Notes: a model not told the origin generated them from the sequence alone. Shown: positions 1 to 14,104, counted from the stretch's first letter. The stretch is 64,000 nucleotides of DNA from Chiloscyllium plagiosum (GCF_004010195.1 NC_057729.1:45982241-46046240); one strand, 5' to 3'. Translations and numbers: made by a program.

Positions 1-325
1 TGTGAAGTGATAGGATGGTGTTCCAGGACTTTGTCCTGGCATCAATGAGCGTAAAGAAGGAATTTCCTCAAAATGTACAGGCTCAAAATAGGCATAAATT
101 AATGCCCAAGACCATCGTCTCCTAACCTTAGCTCAAGTCAACATCTCTAGAAAGATAGCAAGATAGGTAGTATGTGTCTTCATATCAATTGGTCACACAT
201 TATTAACCCTATTCTTGCCATTCCACCCACAGACGTTTTGGGCTGAGATTGTCACCTAAGCAACTATTGGGGAAGCTGATCAAGTCATGGCTGTGGTTTA
301 CTAAGGTAACCATCAGGCAATTATG

Positions 326-758
326 TCATAGAGATGTACAGCACAGAAACAGACCCTTAGGTCCAACCCGCCCACGCCGACCAGATATCCCAACCCAATC
401 TAGTCCCACCTGCCAGCACCCAGCCCATATCCCTCCAAACCCTTCCTATTCATATACCCATCCAAATGCCTCTTAAATGTTGCAATTGTACCAGTCTCCA
501 CCACTTCCTCTGGCAGCTCATTCCATACATGTGCCACCCTCTGTGTGAAAAAGTTGCCCCTTAGGTCTCTTTTATATCTTTCCTCTCTCACCCTAAACCT
601 ATGCCCTCTAGATCTGGACTCCCCGACCCCAGGGAAAAGACTTTGCCTATTTACCTCATAATTTTGTAAACCCCTATAAGGTCACCCCTCAGCCTCCAAC
701 GCTCCAGGGAAAACAACCCCAGCCTGTTCAGCCTCTCGCTATAGCTTAAATCCTCCAA
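326..758 (-). mobile_element. Young CR1-clade LINE (HER1-like) 3' fragment
   Basis: Minus ORFs 'RDLRGNFFTQRVAHVWNELP' and 'ERLNRLGLFSLERWRLRGDLI' are the typical CR1 ORF2 C-terminus. Tail GTCATAGAG at 326; near-identical copies at 14935, 22177, 56053, 59910 and 61003. Confidence 0.92.
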
Positions 759-1022
759 ATAAGGAGAATCTGTGCCACTGGCAGGGAGGTTTGTAACCAG
801 AAGATATAAATTTGAGAAAATTGGTAAAAGAGCCAAAAGGCAAATGTAGAATGGTTTTGTTTTACCTAGCAAACTATTGTTGCCTAAAAGGGTAGGGGAA
901 GCAGATCTAATCATAACTTTGAAAAGAAATTGTCAGGCAATGGGAACTGGGGTGTGGAATTAATTGGATAGCACAAGCATAATGGACCAAAAGGCCTCAT
1001 TTTCTGTAGTATGACTATATGA
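759..1022 (+). mobile_element. Old degenerate CR1 3' fragment
   Basis: Decayed match to the CR1 C-terminus/3'UTR, ending 'atggaccaaaaggcctcattttctgtagtatgactatatgatt'. Confidence 0.6.
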
Positions 1023-2439
1023 TTGTCTGTGTTTGGTAGAACAAAACCATTTTGCACAAACCACATGCAAGAAATGCCAACAAGCTTGCATGTTTCACAA
1101 TTCAGTATTTACCCACCTGCAGGAAATGGAGTGAGGGATAGATACTGGATGATAATGCATACCTGTTACTAATGTGACTGCTATCACCAGGTCAGGTTTC
1201 ACAGAAGGCAGCAGAGAATACTTCTGGAGCATAGTCACTGCTGCAGAGTAGATGTTGCACTGAGGGTTAGTGCCTGATACATTTCACCCTTCGCTTCTGA
1301 AATTAAAAGTATTGCATATCTGGTGAACTTATGTACAATAGTTGATTTTATTGCAGTAATTTGAGAACAATAATCAGAGACTTACTCAGAAGAACAGTTC
1401 TGTCACAGGAATTGCCAAAGCATTCTTGTGTTACATACATATATATATATCTGCAGCTGGCCACCTTGCTAATACATTTCATTTTAAAGTATTTTGTTTT
1501 AGTACAAATTATTTTTGGCAAAGTGAGCTGACAGCTATTTGCCTGACGTTTAAGATATTATTTCAGCAGGAGTGAAACTGTGTGGTACAATATTAGTATC
1601 AAGCATATTCTGACATTCAGAAGAAATTATTTTTGGTGCTAATCTTCTTATCTGAAACATATTAATGTTTTTATTAAAACTGGTGACAGAGGGATTTAAT
1701 TTGAAGGAATTAACACATTTGTTCGTGAAATTACTCTGCACAGTTTCAGCACAACGGTTTTCTGAAGACAGAGTAACCCAAAGGGGGTCCCCACCATGCT
1801 ATAATAATTTCCTTATAGTTTGAAGTATCTGTTCCAGAGACAAGTAAAACTATTCATATCCTTGTTTTTTTTAACCAGTGCTGGTAAGTAAGTTTTTACA
1901 TTTGAGTGTAAATATGCACAAATAAGGTCAAACAAATCAATGCATGTGGCACAAAGAACAAAAACAGAATATGGGCTTATTTTTGCAACTGAGAAATAAT
2001 AATTTACACTATAACTGTGCCAACCACTTTGCAATATTCATTGTCGTTATAATTTAGCAGAATATTCATTTAATTTTTTTTGTGAAATGTTATTATTTCA
2101 GAACTTTTGCAATAATGGTCATGGTTAAATGATTGCCGATTTTAATGTTTATTATTTTTCCATACAGTATCATTTGCACTCTTGGTCAATTTTTCACATT
2201 AATAAGAATCACGCATGCACAAAAAAAAATCTCCTTAAGTTAGGGCTGAGAAATCATATTGTCAGTTTCCAACCAATTTTTAATTGGGAAAGATGTAGAA
2301 TAGGAAGGACTGCACATTTACTTGAATCTGATGCCATAATTGGAGTATGCAAGTAGAAATCAAGTAGATTCAGGGGCTGACATCCATGAGGTGTAAGCCA
2401 CTCATGCTGAATCTGTTAATTTAAAACACATTCTGGTCT

Positions 2440-2785
2440 CTATACAAAATAAGGTATAGGAGCACTGGAGAAGGTGTAATAATGATTTCACAGGATGGTG
2501 TGAGAACTGAGAAGGTGCAAATACCAGGAAAAACGGAAGAGGCTGAGCCTCTTTTCTGTTGAACAGAAATCTAATGGAGGTCTTTAAAACTATGAAAGAA
2601 TTTGAAGGATTAGACAAAACTAAATGCAATCATTTGAGGAAATCACTAAATTCCATGGAGGTGTGTGCAAGAAACTCCTTTATCTGGAGAGTGATGAAAA
2701 TATAAAACTTACTGCCGCATTGAGGTGAGTAACATAGATGCAGTTAAATGGAAGCTAGATATGTACCTGAAAGTGAAAGAAATGT
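2440..2785 (+). mobile_element. Old degenerate CR1 fragment
   Basis: Decayed 'gatttcacaggatggtg...ctaatggaggtctttaaaactatga' resembling the CR1 RFTRM/DLIEVFKIM region. Confidence 0.6.
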
Positions 2786-2787
2786 TG

Positions 2788-3385
2788 GAATTGTACCCAC
2801 CTCCACCCCTTCCTTTGGCATCTCATTCCATATGTGCACCACCCTCTGCATGAAAAAAGTTTCACCTTTTTAAATCTTTTCTCTCTCACCTTAGATCTAT
2901 GCCCTCCAGTTTTGGACTCCCCCATTCTAGGAAAAAGAACCTTGGCTATTCACCCTATCCATGCCCCTCATGACTTTAGAAACCTCTGTAAGGTTACCCC
3001 TCAGCCTCCAGGAGAAAAAAGCCTCAGCCTATTCAGCTTCTCCAAATAACTCAAACCAATCAGTCCCGGTAACATCCTTGTAAATCTTTTCTGCACCCTC
3101 TTATGTTTAACAACATCCTTTCCATAGCAGGACCACTGCAATTGTATGCAGTATTCTAAAAGTGGCCTCACCAATGTCCTGTACAACCACAACATGACAT
3201 CCCAACTCCTATACTTTGATATTCTGACCAAAGAAGGGAAACGTGCCCACTGACTTCTTCAACCGCCTATCTACCTGTGATTCCACTTTCAAGGAACTAT
3301 GCATCTGTACCCTGAGGTCTCTTTGTTCAGGAACACTCCCAGCAAGTCCTGCCCTGGTTTGCCTTACAAAATGCGACACCTCACA
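2788..3385 (-). mobile_element. CR1 (HER1-related) ORF2 fragment
   Basis: ORF 3001-3231 'LYRTLVRPLLEYCIQ...RVQKRFTRMLPGL'. Confidence 0.88.
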
Positions 3386-4129
3386 TCAGGGGTGATGTTA
3401 ACTGATCAGGATAATGGTTGTTGGAACTTTACAATTCAGATGCCTCACGTTTGCTCTACAGATCTGGTTTTCTCTGTCAGCAATGGGATCAAAGGTCCTT
3501 ACAGTAGATTAGAAGAAATTCAAAGGTGTCAATAATGATTTGAGCAAGATTGGAGAAAAATATCAAACGTTAGAGTGTTTGATTATGGGTAGCCATGACT
3601 GATTCCTTCAGTAACCTCACAAAAGGCAAATAAAATTGTTTAAGACTACACATATAGGATATCATCTCACATTATAGAATCATAGAATTCCTACAGTGTG
3701 GAAACAGGCCCTTGTCTCCATTGTTCTTTAAATAAAAAGAGAGTAAAGTTGACGGTGGTGGGGGACTGATTTGCTGGGTTGGTGCCTCTGGTAGAGTCAG
3801 CCCCCACCCTCCCCTTTATAAGAGATCACCATCCCACTTGGTTACCACTGGTCACTGCAGCTAAAGCTGTCATTCTTCCTGTGTGGCATGGCGTCCCCTC
3901 ACTGTGGTTAAGGTACCTGAGGAGGCTGGAAAATGAGCCCCTTAAGTGGTCATTAATTGGCCGTAAAGTTTCAGAGAGGCCAGAGGCAGGCAGATAGGCT
4001 GAATTTTATAAGCTTCATTTGTTTTCATGCCTGCAGACAGGAGAACTCAAAATCCACCCGATGGAATTAGTGAGGCTTGATTAATAACTCATTTCACCCT
4101 GACTGTCTGGTGGTGGGATGTAGCCACAA

Positions 4130-4880
4130 AGAATGAATATGTTGGATTCACATTTTCTGAACTTTAGAGAGATGATCTTATCAAGTCCTTCAGGATTGTC
4201 AAACGCTTTTACAGGGTTGCTACTGAGATGGTGTTTCCCCTGTCCAGGGAACACGGGGGAGCAAATTCAACAGGGCAATCCTGGATAGAGTGAATGTGAA
4301 GAAGATGTTATCATGAGTTGGAGAGACTAGTTTCGCAAGGCACAGCCTCAGAGTGAAGGGACAATCGTTTAGAATTGAAATGAGCAGGAATTTCTTCAGC
4401 CAGAGGATGGCAAATCTGTGGAACTCATTGCCACAGAAGGCTATGATGTCCAAATCATTGAATATATTTCAAGTAGAGATATAGGTTCTTGATAAGTAAG
4501 GGGATCAAAGGTTATGGGGAGAAGGCAGTAGAATGAGCCTGTGAAACGTACCAGCCATGATCAAAGCTGACTCGATGGGCTGAATGACCCATTTCTGTTC
4601 CTATATCTAGTGGTCTAATTATTGAAGACTGGAGATGAAGAGAAATTTCTTCACTTAAAGGGTTGTGAATTGGTGAAATTTTCTGTCCCAGAGATTATTG
4701 AGTCCAACACTGGCTCCTCCATATCATGGCTATCATCAATTTAAGGCTGAGATAGACATAGTTTTGTTCTTTTCATGAATGAGGAGCAGTGGAAAAGCAG
4801 GGTTGAAGCGCAACAGCAGCCCATGAATGTATTGAATAGTGGAGCATGCTCAATCTCGTCTTCTCCTGCTAGTATTTCCA
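4130..4880 (+). mobile_element. Adjacent CR1 3' fragments, containing a PLE tail fragment at ~4701-4728
   Basis: 'gaaatgagcaggaatttcttcagccagaggatggcaaatctgtggaactc' is repeated in degenerate form at 4630. 'agtccaacactggctcctccatatcatg' matches the tail at 42599-42625. Confidence 0.75.
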
Positions 4881-5154
4881 ATATTTGTACTTCCTTAAAA
4901 TGGCTTGGACAACTTATCACTGAAGAGATGCCAGGAGTCTTCCAATTGTGAGTTTTGACTAAGTCGCATTTCCTAACCCAATGGTGTCTTTATTTAAATA
5001 TCCAAACTGTCACCTGATAATTTGGACCCTATTGTAAATTTTTAATCCAGGTTTGAATGGGAAAGTAGCACTCAGGCTTCCCACTTGAATTAAGCCAGTT
5101 GAGATTGCAAATGTTCCAATAACTTGTTTATTTTCTCGTTAATTTGTAAAAGAT

Positions 5155-5607
5155 CATGCATTTAAGAGGTACTTTTGCAAAAACTGGCCATGTCAAAGCG
5201 TCTTACAATTAATGCAGTACTGTTTGAAGTGCAGTTACTGTTATAATGTGGGAAACACACAATCACTGTGTGCACAGTAAGCTGACACCAACAGCAAAAT
5301 GATAACAATCAGATCATCCGATCTTTTGTGATGTTGAACAATGACTCAATATTGACCAGGACAGTGAGGTAACTCTCCGGCTCTTCTTTAAAACTGTGCC
5401 ATAAAATCTTTTACAACCACCAAGCAGATAGACAGAACCTCAGTTTCATGCCTCTTCCAAAAAACTACATCTTTAACAGTACAGCGCTCTCTCTGTGTTG
5501 CACTGGAGTGCAGTCTTGATTTCTGTGTTCAAGTTATGAGTGGGAGTTCAACCTAAAATTTTGTCGTGTCTCAGAGGTAGGATTGCTTTGCTGAGCCACA
5601 GCTGACT
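5155..5607 (-). mobile_element. Deu-domain SINE (SacSINE1-like)
   Basis: Reverse complement has a tRNA-like head (GTCAGCTGTGGCTCAG) and the recalled Deu core; homologous to 8310-8695 and 26295-26690. Confidence 0.7.
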
Positions 5608-6633
5608 CACTTGCGAGGCCAAGAAGAACATGAAGAATCTTCCAAATCTCCATTCCTCACATCTGCTATGTCCCAACTAAAGGCTACTTGGTTTTCCAGT
5701 GGCTGTCCACCCAAACCCTAATCATTCTGTGTGGGAATTCAACTAACATCGTATTGATGAGAGAGTGAGGTTGAAATCTTATTAAATCTCATGAACAAGT
5801 CAGTGAGAAGTTACTTGCCAGCAGATTGTCCCCTGAGAAAGTCACTTCCAATTAAAAGAAGCCCTTTAATGTATCTGATTAAGTGAAATTAAAAAAAAGG
5901 TTTGAAATTAAATTAGAATTATTCTTCCATTTACTTTTCTGCAGAGTTGAGGATCTTATCCATTGATCGCCTGGTATAACAAGTTCTCACGATGCTCTTT
6001 GGGAACATGGCATCTGTTTAAACTCTATCCGATTTTTGGGATCTTGGCTTAAACCTAACCCAAACTAGTTTCAGAATCCAAGTGAAGAAATGCACAGTCT
6101 TGCAGAGAGGGGTCACTGCAGAAAGCTGCTTCCAGTTCAGAACTGATTTGCATTACATTAGTAGACCTGAACCAGAATGAATAGCACAATTAAGCTCAAT
6201 GCATCTAAAATGTGTGCAGATACATTGATAACATTTAACCAATCTAAAACCATGCGTATACAACGACACTATTTAACCAGTCTAAAACTATGTCGTTTAC
6301 CAATACCGATTGCTGCTAATCTTTCTTGTATTTGGTCAGGACCACTGACCTTATTAGTTACAAGGTTATCGGAAGACAAATGAAAGGAATCCGGTTCTCT
6401 CGAGGTTGATCTCTCTTGGGCTACACTTTTAATTTCATTAATGAGCCATGCTTATCTGTCAATCGATCACTGATTTGTAGACCAGTTTAAATCAAGTATC
6501 AGAACACAGAATGTTTTAGAGCAGATTTGGTGGTGACCACAATCACCAGATGTATCATCTTTAAATTACCCTGTTTGTGTTCCTCCCTTCCAGGAAGATA
6601 AACAGCTATTACTACTAGTGTTGAACTTAAACA

Positions 6634-6832
6634 CTAAAGCAATTGAAGTTGCCTCGTTGAATATTTTTAAGGCAAAGATAGATTTTTAAACAGTAAAGAA
6701 TGAAAGGTTATGGTGAGCGGGCGAGTAAGTGCAGCTGAGTTCAGGAAAAGATCAGCCATGATCTTATTGAATGACGGAGCAGGCTCAAAGGGCCAGATGG
6801 CCTACTCTTGCTCCTATTTTTTAAGTTCTTAT
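6634..6832 (+). mobile_element. CR1 3' end
   Basis: 'gatcagccatgatcttattgaatgacggagcaggctcaaagggccagatggcctactcttgctcct'; near copy at 58155-58455. Confidence 0.8.
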
Positions 6833-8309
6833 ATTGTGGCCCTGTCAGTATGAGGTGGCAGAGCGAAGATGGTGATACTTATCCTTGTGGACTGCAAAAG
6901 GTTATTAATCTTCTTGCTGCTATGTTATGTGTGGGTTTCACTCAGAACGTTGCAATGACCCAGGTCGCTATTTCAGTCCAGGTTGGCTGTGACTGATGGG
7001 GTGTGACCTTATTTGCTGGTCAGCAGGAAAAAGCTCTCCCCTCCTTTCCATTGCACTGCCCACCAGCAAACCCAGATCCCTGTGGATGAACTGAGGAGTT
7101 AACTTGCTTTTCTGGGTCATTTTCTTCAGGATAACAATGCAGGACCAGAGTGTGAAGGGCAATTGCTGGCATGCAGCACCTGAAATACGATGGAATACCA
7201 TATACCATGTTGTTTAATGATCAGACTAATGGTGCAAACATGACAAAGTCCTGGCAGCGGTGGATACTTGGCCCTCTCCTGCTGCATGATTCCATGAGAC
7301 GGGCACCAGTTGCATTTATAACAAGCTGAAGAACAGAAGATTCCATCAGAAAAGCTGACACATGAATCTCATTTGAAAAAACACTTGCTGAAAAAAGGGA
7401 AAACTCAGTCCAATATTTCAGATTAAGGACTTTCATTGGAACTGATTTCACTTAAAGTTGCATGGATTTCAAAACTAATTTCACATTTGGTAAGTCAATT
7501 AACATGCCAAATGCGTTCCTCCAATTATTAATTTCTAAAAAAATTACCAAACTGATAACATTTAAGTTTGATTTTTCCTTCCAAGTGTTTTGTTAGTATG
7601 GTATTGTTTAGCTCCCAGTTTTGAAATACCAACCAATGCAGATGCTCAACCCCAAAAACCACAATGTTACTTTGTAACCTGGGTGTAGATAGGCCTGTGC
7701 ATGCTAAATTGCAGATTTGTCCAAAGTTGTTATCTCACATTAGTTGGAATCAGCTGTCAAAATAAATACGTATAATCTCATGTTAATCCAAGGATCATTA
7801 TAAGCAATCATTGTGAGCTGGCATGTGGTTGAAACCAGTTTCAGCAGGTTAGTACAACCACTGTCTGTCAATGCCCTGATATCCTGCCAAAACGCCCCGC
7901 TAAGCTGGAGTAGACATTTTGCCTTATTTGGTACATCTCAAGTGCCATTGTTTTCAGTCCATTAGTGATCTTGTTGAATGTAATATGTGTTTCTGACAGC
8001 ACGTTAATGACTGAGAGAAAGCAACATGCAGGGCTGTAGGGGACACTTGTGCTGTTCCAACTTGAATGTCTTTGAAATTTTATAATTAAGTCATGGTGTG
8101 TTTAGATTTTTAGTCTGTGACAAGTACCATTTGTATAGCTTTTGTCTGCTATTGCTCACTGCGTTACACTGATATTTTTGTTACTTCATGCTAAAACTCA
8201 AAAATTAAGCTTGCGGGAACCATCAGATTGTAACCCATCACCTTAACAGTTTTTGGACATGAAATTGTGTGCAGATATCATATAATGAACAAAGTGTGTG
8301 TGAGAACCT

Positions 8310-8695
8310 TGTCATATAGCTTCAACTGCTCGGCTGCTAGCGCTCTTTGTGTTAGAAGATTGTGATTTTAAGTTCTACTCTAGCAAAAATCTAGACTGCT
8401 ACAGGAGGAGTGCTGCACTATGGAAGGTGACATCTCTTGAATGAGGCATTAAGCTAATGTGGACTCTGACATCTGAGGTGAATTCCTACAGAGTACTTTG
8501 AGGGGGGATTCACCCCAGTGTCCTGATCAGTAATTATATGTAAAGCAACATCCAAAAACATGATATCGTCATGCTCATTTTGGGATCTTTCCATGTAATA
8601 GTTGGCTGTCATGTTTTCCACATGTCAAAATATTTCATTGACTGTAAAGCACTTTGGGACATCCTATGTTTGTGAAATGCAAATTCTTTCTTTCT
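8310..8695 (+). mobile_element. Deu-domain SINE, degenerate
   Basis: 'ggagtgctgcactatggaaggtgacatctcttgaatgaggcattaagc' core and 'gtaaagcactttgggacatcc' tail. Confidence 0.65.
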
Positions 8696-9799
8696 TTACA
8701 GTAATGTTAAAAATTTTACTTCGGTCTGTAAAGAATATGAACTGACTCCCCCCATAATATCAAAGTTGTCTTGTGTGATTGGTGGCTGGATTTCATGGAC
8801 TGGAGAGAAGGGAGGCAACATTGCTCTAGTAACATTTTGTAAGTGTTGGCAGGGGGAGTTTAAGCTTTAAGCAGTGTTTCATACACTTGGAAACACTCTG
8901 AAAAGTTTAAATGTTCAAATATTGTCAGCCATGATCCTCAACACAGATTCCAAACAAACATAAAATTTTGGATGTTATTCACATCCCCAACACTATTGTT
9001 GATGCCACAACTCACATTGTTGTTTAAAAGCAAAAGGAAATTTGTAAAATAAACAATATTTAATTGAAGTCAGGAAGAAGTCAGATGCCTGATAACTGGT
9101 GGAAAAAGCACAGACTGCCTGATCCATATCAATCTTCGTCAGACCTCTGTAACATAAAATACCCAATGGTCTCATGATCTGAGGCAATCAAAAACTGTAC
9201 AGGCTCACAGTGTTTCCTTAGTGATCAATTTAACAGGCCCTTTGACCACTCTGGGAAATGTGTTCTGACAAACTGATAAATACTATCCTCTGCCAGAGAG
9301 AGACCACAAGAGATTTTGGACAGGGATTCAAAAATCAAGAAAGCTTGAGATTTAGCCACAAGTATGTTCTCAAATATTCTACATGACACAAATTTATATT
9401 GTAATGTTACATATAAAAATGACCTACACTGGATTTCTTTGGGAGTAAACACAGAAACTAAAAATATTTCAAAAAGGCAGATGTTTAACAATGGATTTAA
9501 CATCAACATATGTTTGTTCGGTTTTTTAAAAATGTCATTCTGCTATCTATGATAATGTGTTTGTATTTTATTTTTCTGTTATGATATAATGTTGTGGTTG
9601 GCTTTTGTAGACTCATGTAATAGTGCTATTGAAAATGAGTCAGGCCACACTTTGGCTGAGAAATGGATTAATAATGTGAAAAATTAGACAGCCTTCTAAA
9701 AATGTCATGTTAGGTACGTATGGATATGGTATTTTTTACACTTCCTTTTTGTCTCACCAATTTCCCATTGTCACAATTTAGTAACGCTTTTAAGAAAAT

Positions 9800-10128
9800 C
9801 ATTGCAGAATTACAGGTTATTCAGCCCAACTGCTTTACATCAGTATTTATATTCCACACAACATTCCCTCCACACTAATCTCTTCTTCTCATTCTGCCCT
9901 GTACCCCTGTGTTTCCTACTCTCTCACGTAAACATCAAACCTTCCCCTAAATAATCAATATTATCTACTTCAATCACTCTATTTGGCAGCAAATTTTACA
10001 TTCTCACCATTATCTTTGTAAAATAGTTCTTCTAAAGTCTGTACTTTATCTGCAATGTCGTTATTTTGTATTTATGCTCCTCTGATATGCACTCACCCAC
10101 AAGTAGAGACAATTCTTTTATATCCATC
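9800..10128 (-). mobile_element. Old CR1 3' fragment
   Basis: Decayed reverse complement of the CR1 3' end ('ggcagcaaattttacattctcaccatt'). Confidence 0.5.
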
Positions 10129-10548
10129 CAAGAGTGGATGACGAGCATGAAAGAGTGATCACAACTCCTTAAGTTTAAAATAGTTCTGAATAAGGATAAG
10201 TCAGGATCTTGTGGAAGATACTAAATTGGGGGAGGGCAAATTCTGTCAGTATTAGGCAGGAGCTAGGGAGTGTTAATTGGGAGGAGCGGTTATCGGACAA
10301 GTTCACATTTGACATGGGATCCACAGTGACTTGGCAGCTTGGATTCAGAATCAGCTTGCAGAAGGCAGAGGTGGAAAGGTATTCTTCTGGCTGGAGGACC
10401 ATGACTAGTGATGTTTTGCAGGGACCCATATTGCGACTTCTGCTGTTTGTGATATATAGAAATGACTTGGATGAAAATATAGATGGGTGGGTTAGTAAGT
10501 GTGCAGACGATAAAACGATCGGTGGAGTTGTAGATGGCCACATTTTAG

Positions 10549-10664
10549 GAAACCCACGCAGACACAGGGAGAATGTGCAAACTCCACACAGACAGTCACC
10601 CGGGGCTGGAATCAAACCTGGGACCCTGGTGCTGTGAGGCAGCAGTGCTAACCACTGAGCCACC
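10549..10664 (-). mobile_element. HE1-type V-SINE, 5' part
   Basis: Reverse complement GGTGGCTCAGTGGTTAGCACTGCTGCCTCACAGC (A box), GGTTTGATTCC (B box) and V-domain TGTGTGGAGTTTGCACATTCTCCC. Confidence 0.88.
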
Positions 10665-10704
10665 AGACTTGCTGTGCTTTTCCAGCACCACACTCTCGAC
10701 TCTC
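10665..10704 (+). mobile_element. PLE-terminus fragment, family A
   Basis: 'gacttgctgtgcttttccagcaccacactctcgactct' matches 18635-18669 and 21007-21044. Confidence 0.75.
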
Positions 10705-11689
10705 CACATTACAAGAAGGATGTGGAGACTTTGGAAAAGGTGCTGAAGAGATTTACCTGGAAGCTGCCTTAATTAGAGAGTATGAGTTATAAGGAGAAGC
10801 TAGAAAAATTTGTATTGTTTTTCTGGAGACATGGAGGGTGAGGGGAGACTTGATAAAATTATGAGATGCATAGATAGGGTTGATGGTCAGAATCTTTTTC
10901 CCAGAGTTGAAATATCTCATACTCGGGCGCATACATTCCAGGTGAGAGGGAGAAAGTTCAAGGGAGATGTGAGGGTCAAGTCTTTTATCCAGAGAGTGGT
11001 AGGGAGTCTGGGACGCATTGCCAGGGGTGAAGGTGGAGGCTGATATGATAGGGGCATTTAAGAGACTTTTAGATAAGCACATTAATATGCAAGAATGAAG
11101 AAATATGGACCAAGGACAGGCAGAAGGGATCGGTTTACTTTGGTGTCATGTTTAGCACAGCATAATGAGCTGAAGGGTGTTGTACTGTTCCTGTGTTGGA
11201 CAGTTCTCTGGTCTGTGAGGTAGCAGCTCAAGGTGGGAAGCTATAAATTGTGGGTGAGTTTGAAGGCCTTGTCCACTTACCTGGAGTTTTTTAAGGTGTG
11301 GGACCTTTTGAGGGAGCACATCATTACATTGTACACCAGTCTTGCAGCTGATGTGACTTAGCTAGGAGTCAGAACGACATTGAACTTGCAAGGGAACAGC
11401 TTTGGGTGGTAAGCGATAAATCACACGCTAGTCTCAAGTCCCACACCACTTACCTGAGAGTCAACACACCATTCGTCTGCTCAGAAATGCCAATGCTGAG
11501 TTCAAAAAGGGAGTGATAAAACTGTGGTGATGTTACAGAAAATTTGTAAAATTGTTAGATGCGAAAAAATCTGTGGTTAGAGACTTTAGATTGCTGTAAG
11601 TTAGAAAAATGTATTGTTTTAAAGTAGGTATACTTGGATTTAACTGAGAAATACCAGGGATAAGGAAAATTCAGGGCCAATGCAATATG

Positions 11690-11855
11690 GGAGAGGTGCC
11701 AGTTTAGTGATATTCTCACTGGGCTATTAATTCAGAGACCGAAGTAATGTTCTGTACCTGGGTTCAAATCATGCCATGGTCACTGGGGGAATTTGAATTC
11801 AAGTTTTAAAAAAATCTGATATTAAGGGTGTAATGATGACCATGAATTCATTTTT
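11690..11855 (+). mobile_element. tRNA-derived SINE 5' part (family of 17236-17580)
   Basis: B box GGTTCAAATC followed by 'gaatttgaattcaa...aatgatgaccatgaa'. Confidence 0.65.
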
Positions 11856-12065
11856 GAGAACCAGCATTCACTGTGTTTACTTCAGATTTCCAGCATCTAC
11901 AGTGTTTTGCCTTTAATGATGGGGGTGATTGCACTAATGCTTTCATGTAGCAGTTTTAGTAACCACAATGAGCCTTTCTCATCCTCGTGGGGTATTCTGT
12001 ATTATGTGCAAATGGCTGTGATACCCACTTATTTAATGAAAGATCAACAGAACACCGACTTTTAA

Positions 12066-12295
12066 TCAAGAACAGAAGTTGCTGGAAAAGCTCAGCTCGT
12101 CTGGCAGCATCTGTGAAGAGAAATCAAAGTTAGCGTTTTGGGTGCGGTAACCCTTCATCAGAACTTCCTCACTGGACCTGAAACATTAACTCTGATTTCT
12201 CTTCACAAATGCTGCCAGACCTGCTGAACTTTTCCAGCAACTTCTGTTTTCGTTTCTGATTTACAGCATCCACAGTTCTTCCGGTTTTGATTTTT
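12066..12295. mobile_element. Palindromic PLE-terminus mini-element, family B, degenerate hammerhead cores
   Basis: Left arm from 12071 (aacagaagttgctggaaaagctcagc) pairs with a right arm ending at 12248. The minus strand reads CTGATGA-A-GGGT...ACCC-AAAACG. Confidence 0.85.
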
Positions 12296-13844
12296 AATTT
12301 TCCATTCATAAAGTTGATGGACTTATTCTAAGAAAGGCTATCACCTTTCTGAACTTAGTCAGCCAGGATAGTATAGGTCTAGAAATTAATGTTGAATATT
12401 TTCATTTTTATTTAGTATTTCTAATTTTTTTTGTGTCATGAGGTTCACAACCTTGCATTTCAACATAAGCCTCAGAATGACTATGAATTTCTTGTTGTCT
12501 ACTTTATAACATGTTTGCAGATGTTATAGGAGTGAGAAAGAAAGCTGTGAATTCTGGAAGCTGAATAAGGACTAGGTGATGACAATTGTCCAATCTAGTC
12601 TGTGAGGACATGTTGAACGACGTTGCCACAACAGATCCAAGAGTTAGGTGCCAAACTGACGAATTCATCATTTAGACAAATATTTCTATTGGCATCTACC
12701 ACGGATAAGAGACCAGTTCCATTCATTATTATCTTATCCTTTTTAGATACTTGTCTGCAGTCAATGACATTGCTCCTAAGAGGGTGCAAGCTGCATTTGG
12801 ATTCCTTTTGCAGTAAAAGGAAACCCGATTCTAGTTCACACAGAATATAGATTTGTTTGAAAAGCTGCAATTACTAAGTTATTGATTTACCATGCGGTCG
12901 GAAACAGATATGTTTGAATATTAGAACCTGCATTACACCCCTCTTGCAAAATCAATTGTGTGCAAATGTCAAATCTGAGTAAGCAAGGAATGAAGGCCCA
13001 AGGGATCGGTCCCTATTTGCCTCCTAGTTCGGAAAATGAAAAGGGATTCATCACATGTGAAATTGGAAAAATTAAATGCACCGCCAATTATGCAGAACCA
13101 ATGCCTGAAGTGTCTTAAACAGGTGAAGGCCATTCAGCTTTCCAAACATGCTTTATTATTTAATTAAATAATGGTGGATCTGTACTTCAATTCACTTTCC
13201 TTGACACAGTGTGCAAGAAGAAATGTTTTTGGCATCAACAAGCCGAGCAACTTAGCTGTGTCTTTCCCATTTTTACTTCATGTTAATTCTATTTTGTTTT
13301 ACTCTCAGCAGGTGGTGGGCATTAACTGGGGATTCATTGTGCCCCTATAAATCCAGACAAACTAAACCTGTGGTTGTTGGCTTGGCAGGCTTGTAATGTG
13401 TGACTCCATAAATAATTTCTTATTTAGTGTGAAGGTTGGTTCCAGTTCTATCCTGCAACAGCTGGCTTTTTACAATATTAATACTTTTGGCTATTAATGT
13501 CTTACCTAGAGATGCTAACTCATGAAATTGTGTGATCCACAGGTTCTGGCAAGCTAAACCAAATGCTTGTTTTTCATACATGTAAGCTGTGGCTTTAACG
13601 TCAATTATTCACCTGACTAGACAATTTTATGATAGCAACATCAGAGGTAAAACTGATCCCACCTCACTTAACATTTGCACTTTCCAGAAACCTAGAATGA
13701 ATATTCTCGTAGTTTTTTTTAGCAAGTACAGGAGTCTGTGGGGAAATGTGAACCCTAGCAGTTCCCTGATTGAAAACTCAACATAGGCTTGTAATGGAGC
13801 TTTCCAGTCAGTCTGGTTCAATATCACAACACTTACTTATTGGT

Positions 13845-14104
13845 GGGCGGCATGGTGGTACAGTGGTTAGCCCTGCTGCCTCACAGTGCCAGAGACCGGG
13901 GTTCAATTCCCACCTCAGGCGACTGACTGTGTGGAGTTTGCACATTATCTGTGTGGGTTTTCTCCGGTTTCCTCCCACAGTCCAAAAATATGAATTGGTG
14001 AATTGGCCATGCTAAATTGCTTGTAGTGTTAGATGTAGGGGAGTGGGTGTGCTTTGGCGGGCTGGTTGGGCCGAAGGGCCTGTTTCCACACTGTAAGTAA
14101 TCTA
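13845..14104 (+). mobile_element. HE1-type V-SINE
   Basis: A box TGGTACAGTGG, B box GGTTCAATTCC, V-domain and LINE-like tail 'gggccgaagggcctgtttccacactgtaagtaatctaa'. Confidence 0.92.

Larger units (their letters stand above)
10150..11205 (+). mobile_element. Internally deleted CR1 LINE (RT fragments plus 3' end) hosting nested inserts
   Basis: 'SDVLQGPILRLLLFVIYRNDL...SKCADDKTIG' (RT QG and F/YADD motifs, decayed); 'GQNLFPRVEISHTRAHTFQVRG'. Confidence 0.88.

Noticed and set aside
12066-12295. Interpreting the long palindromes as MITEs, miRNA genes or terminators
   Set aside because: Arms are asymmetric, the same sequence occurs as single copies, TSD lengths vary, and family D is contiguous with a PLE endonuclease.
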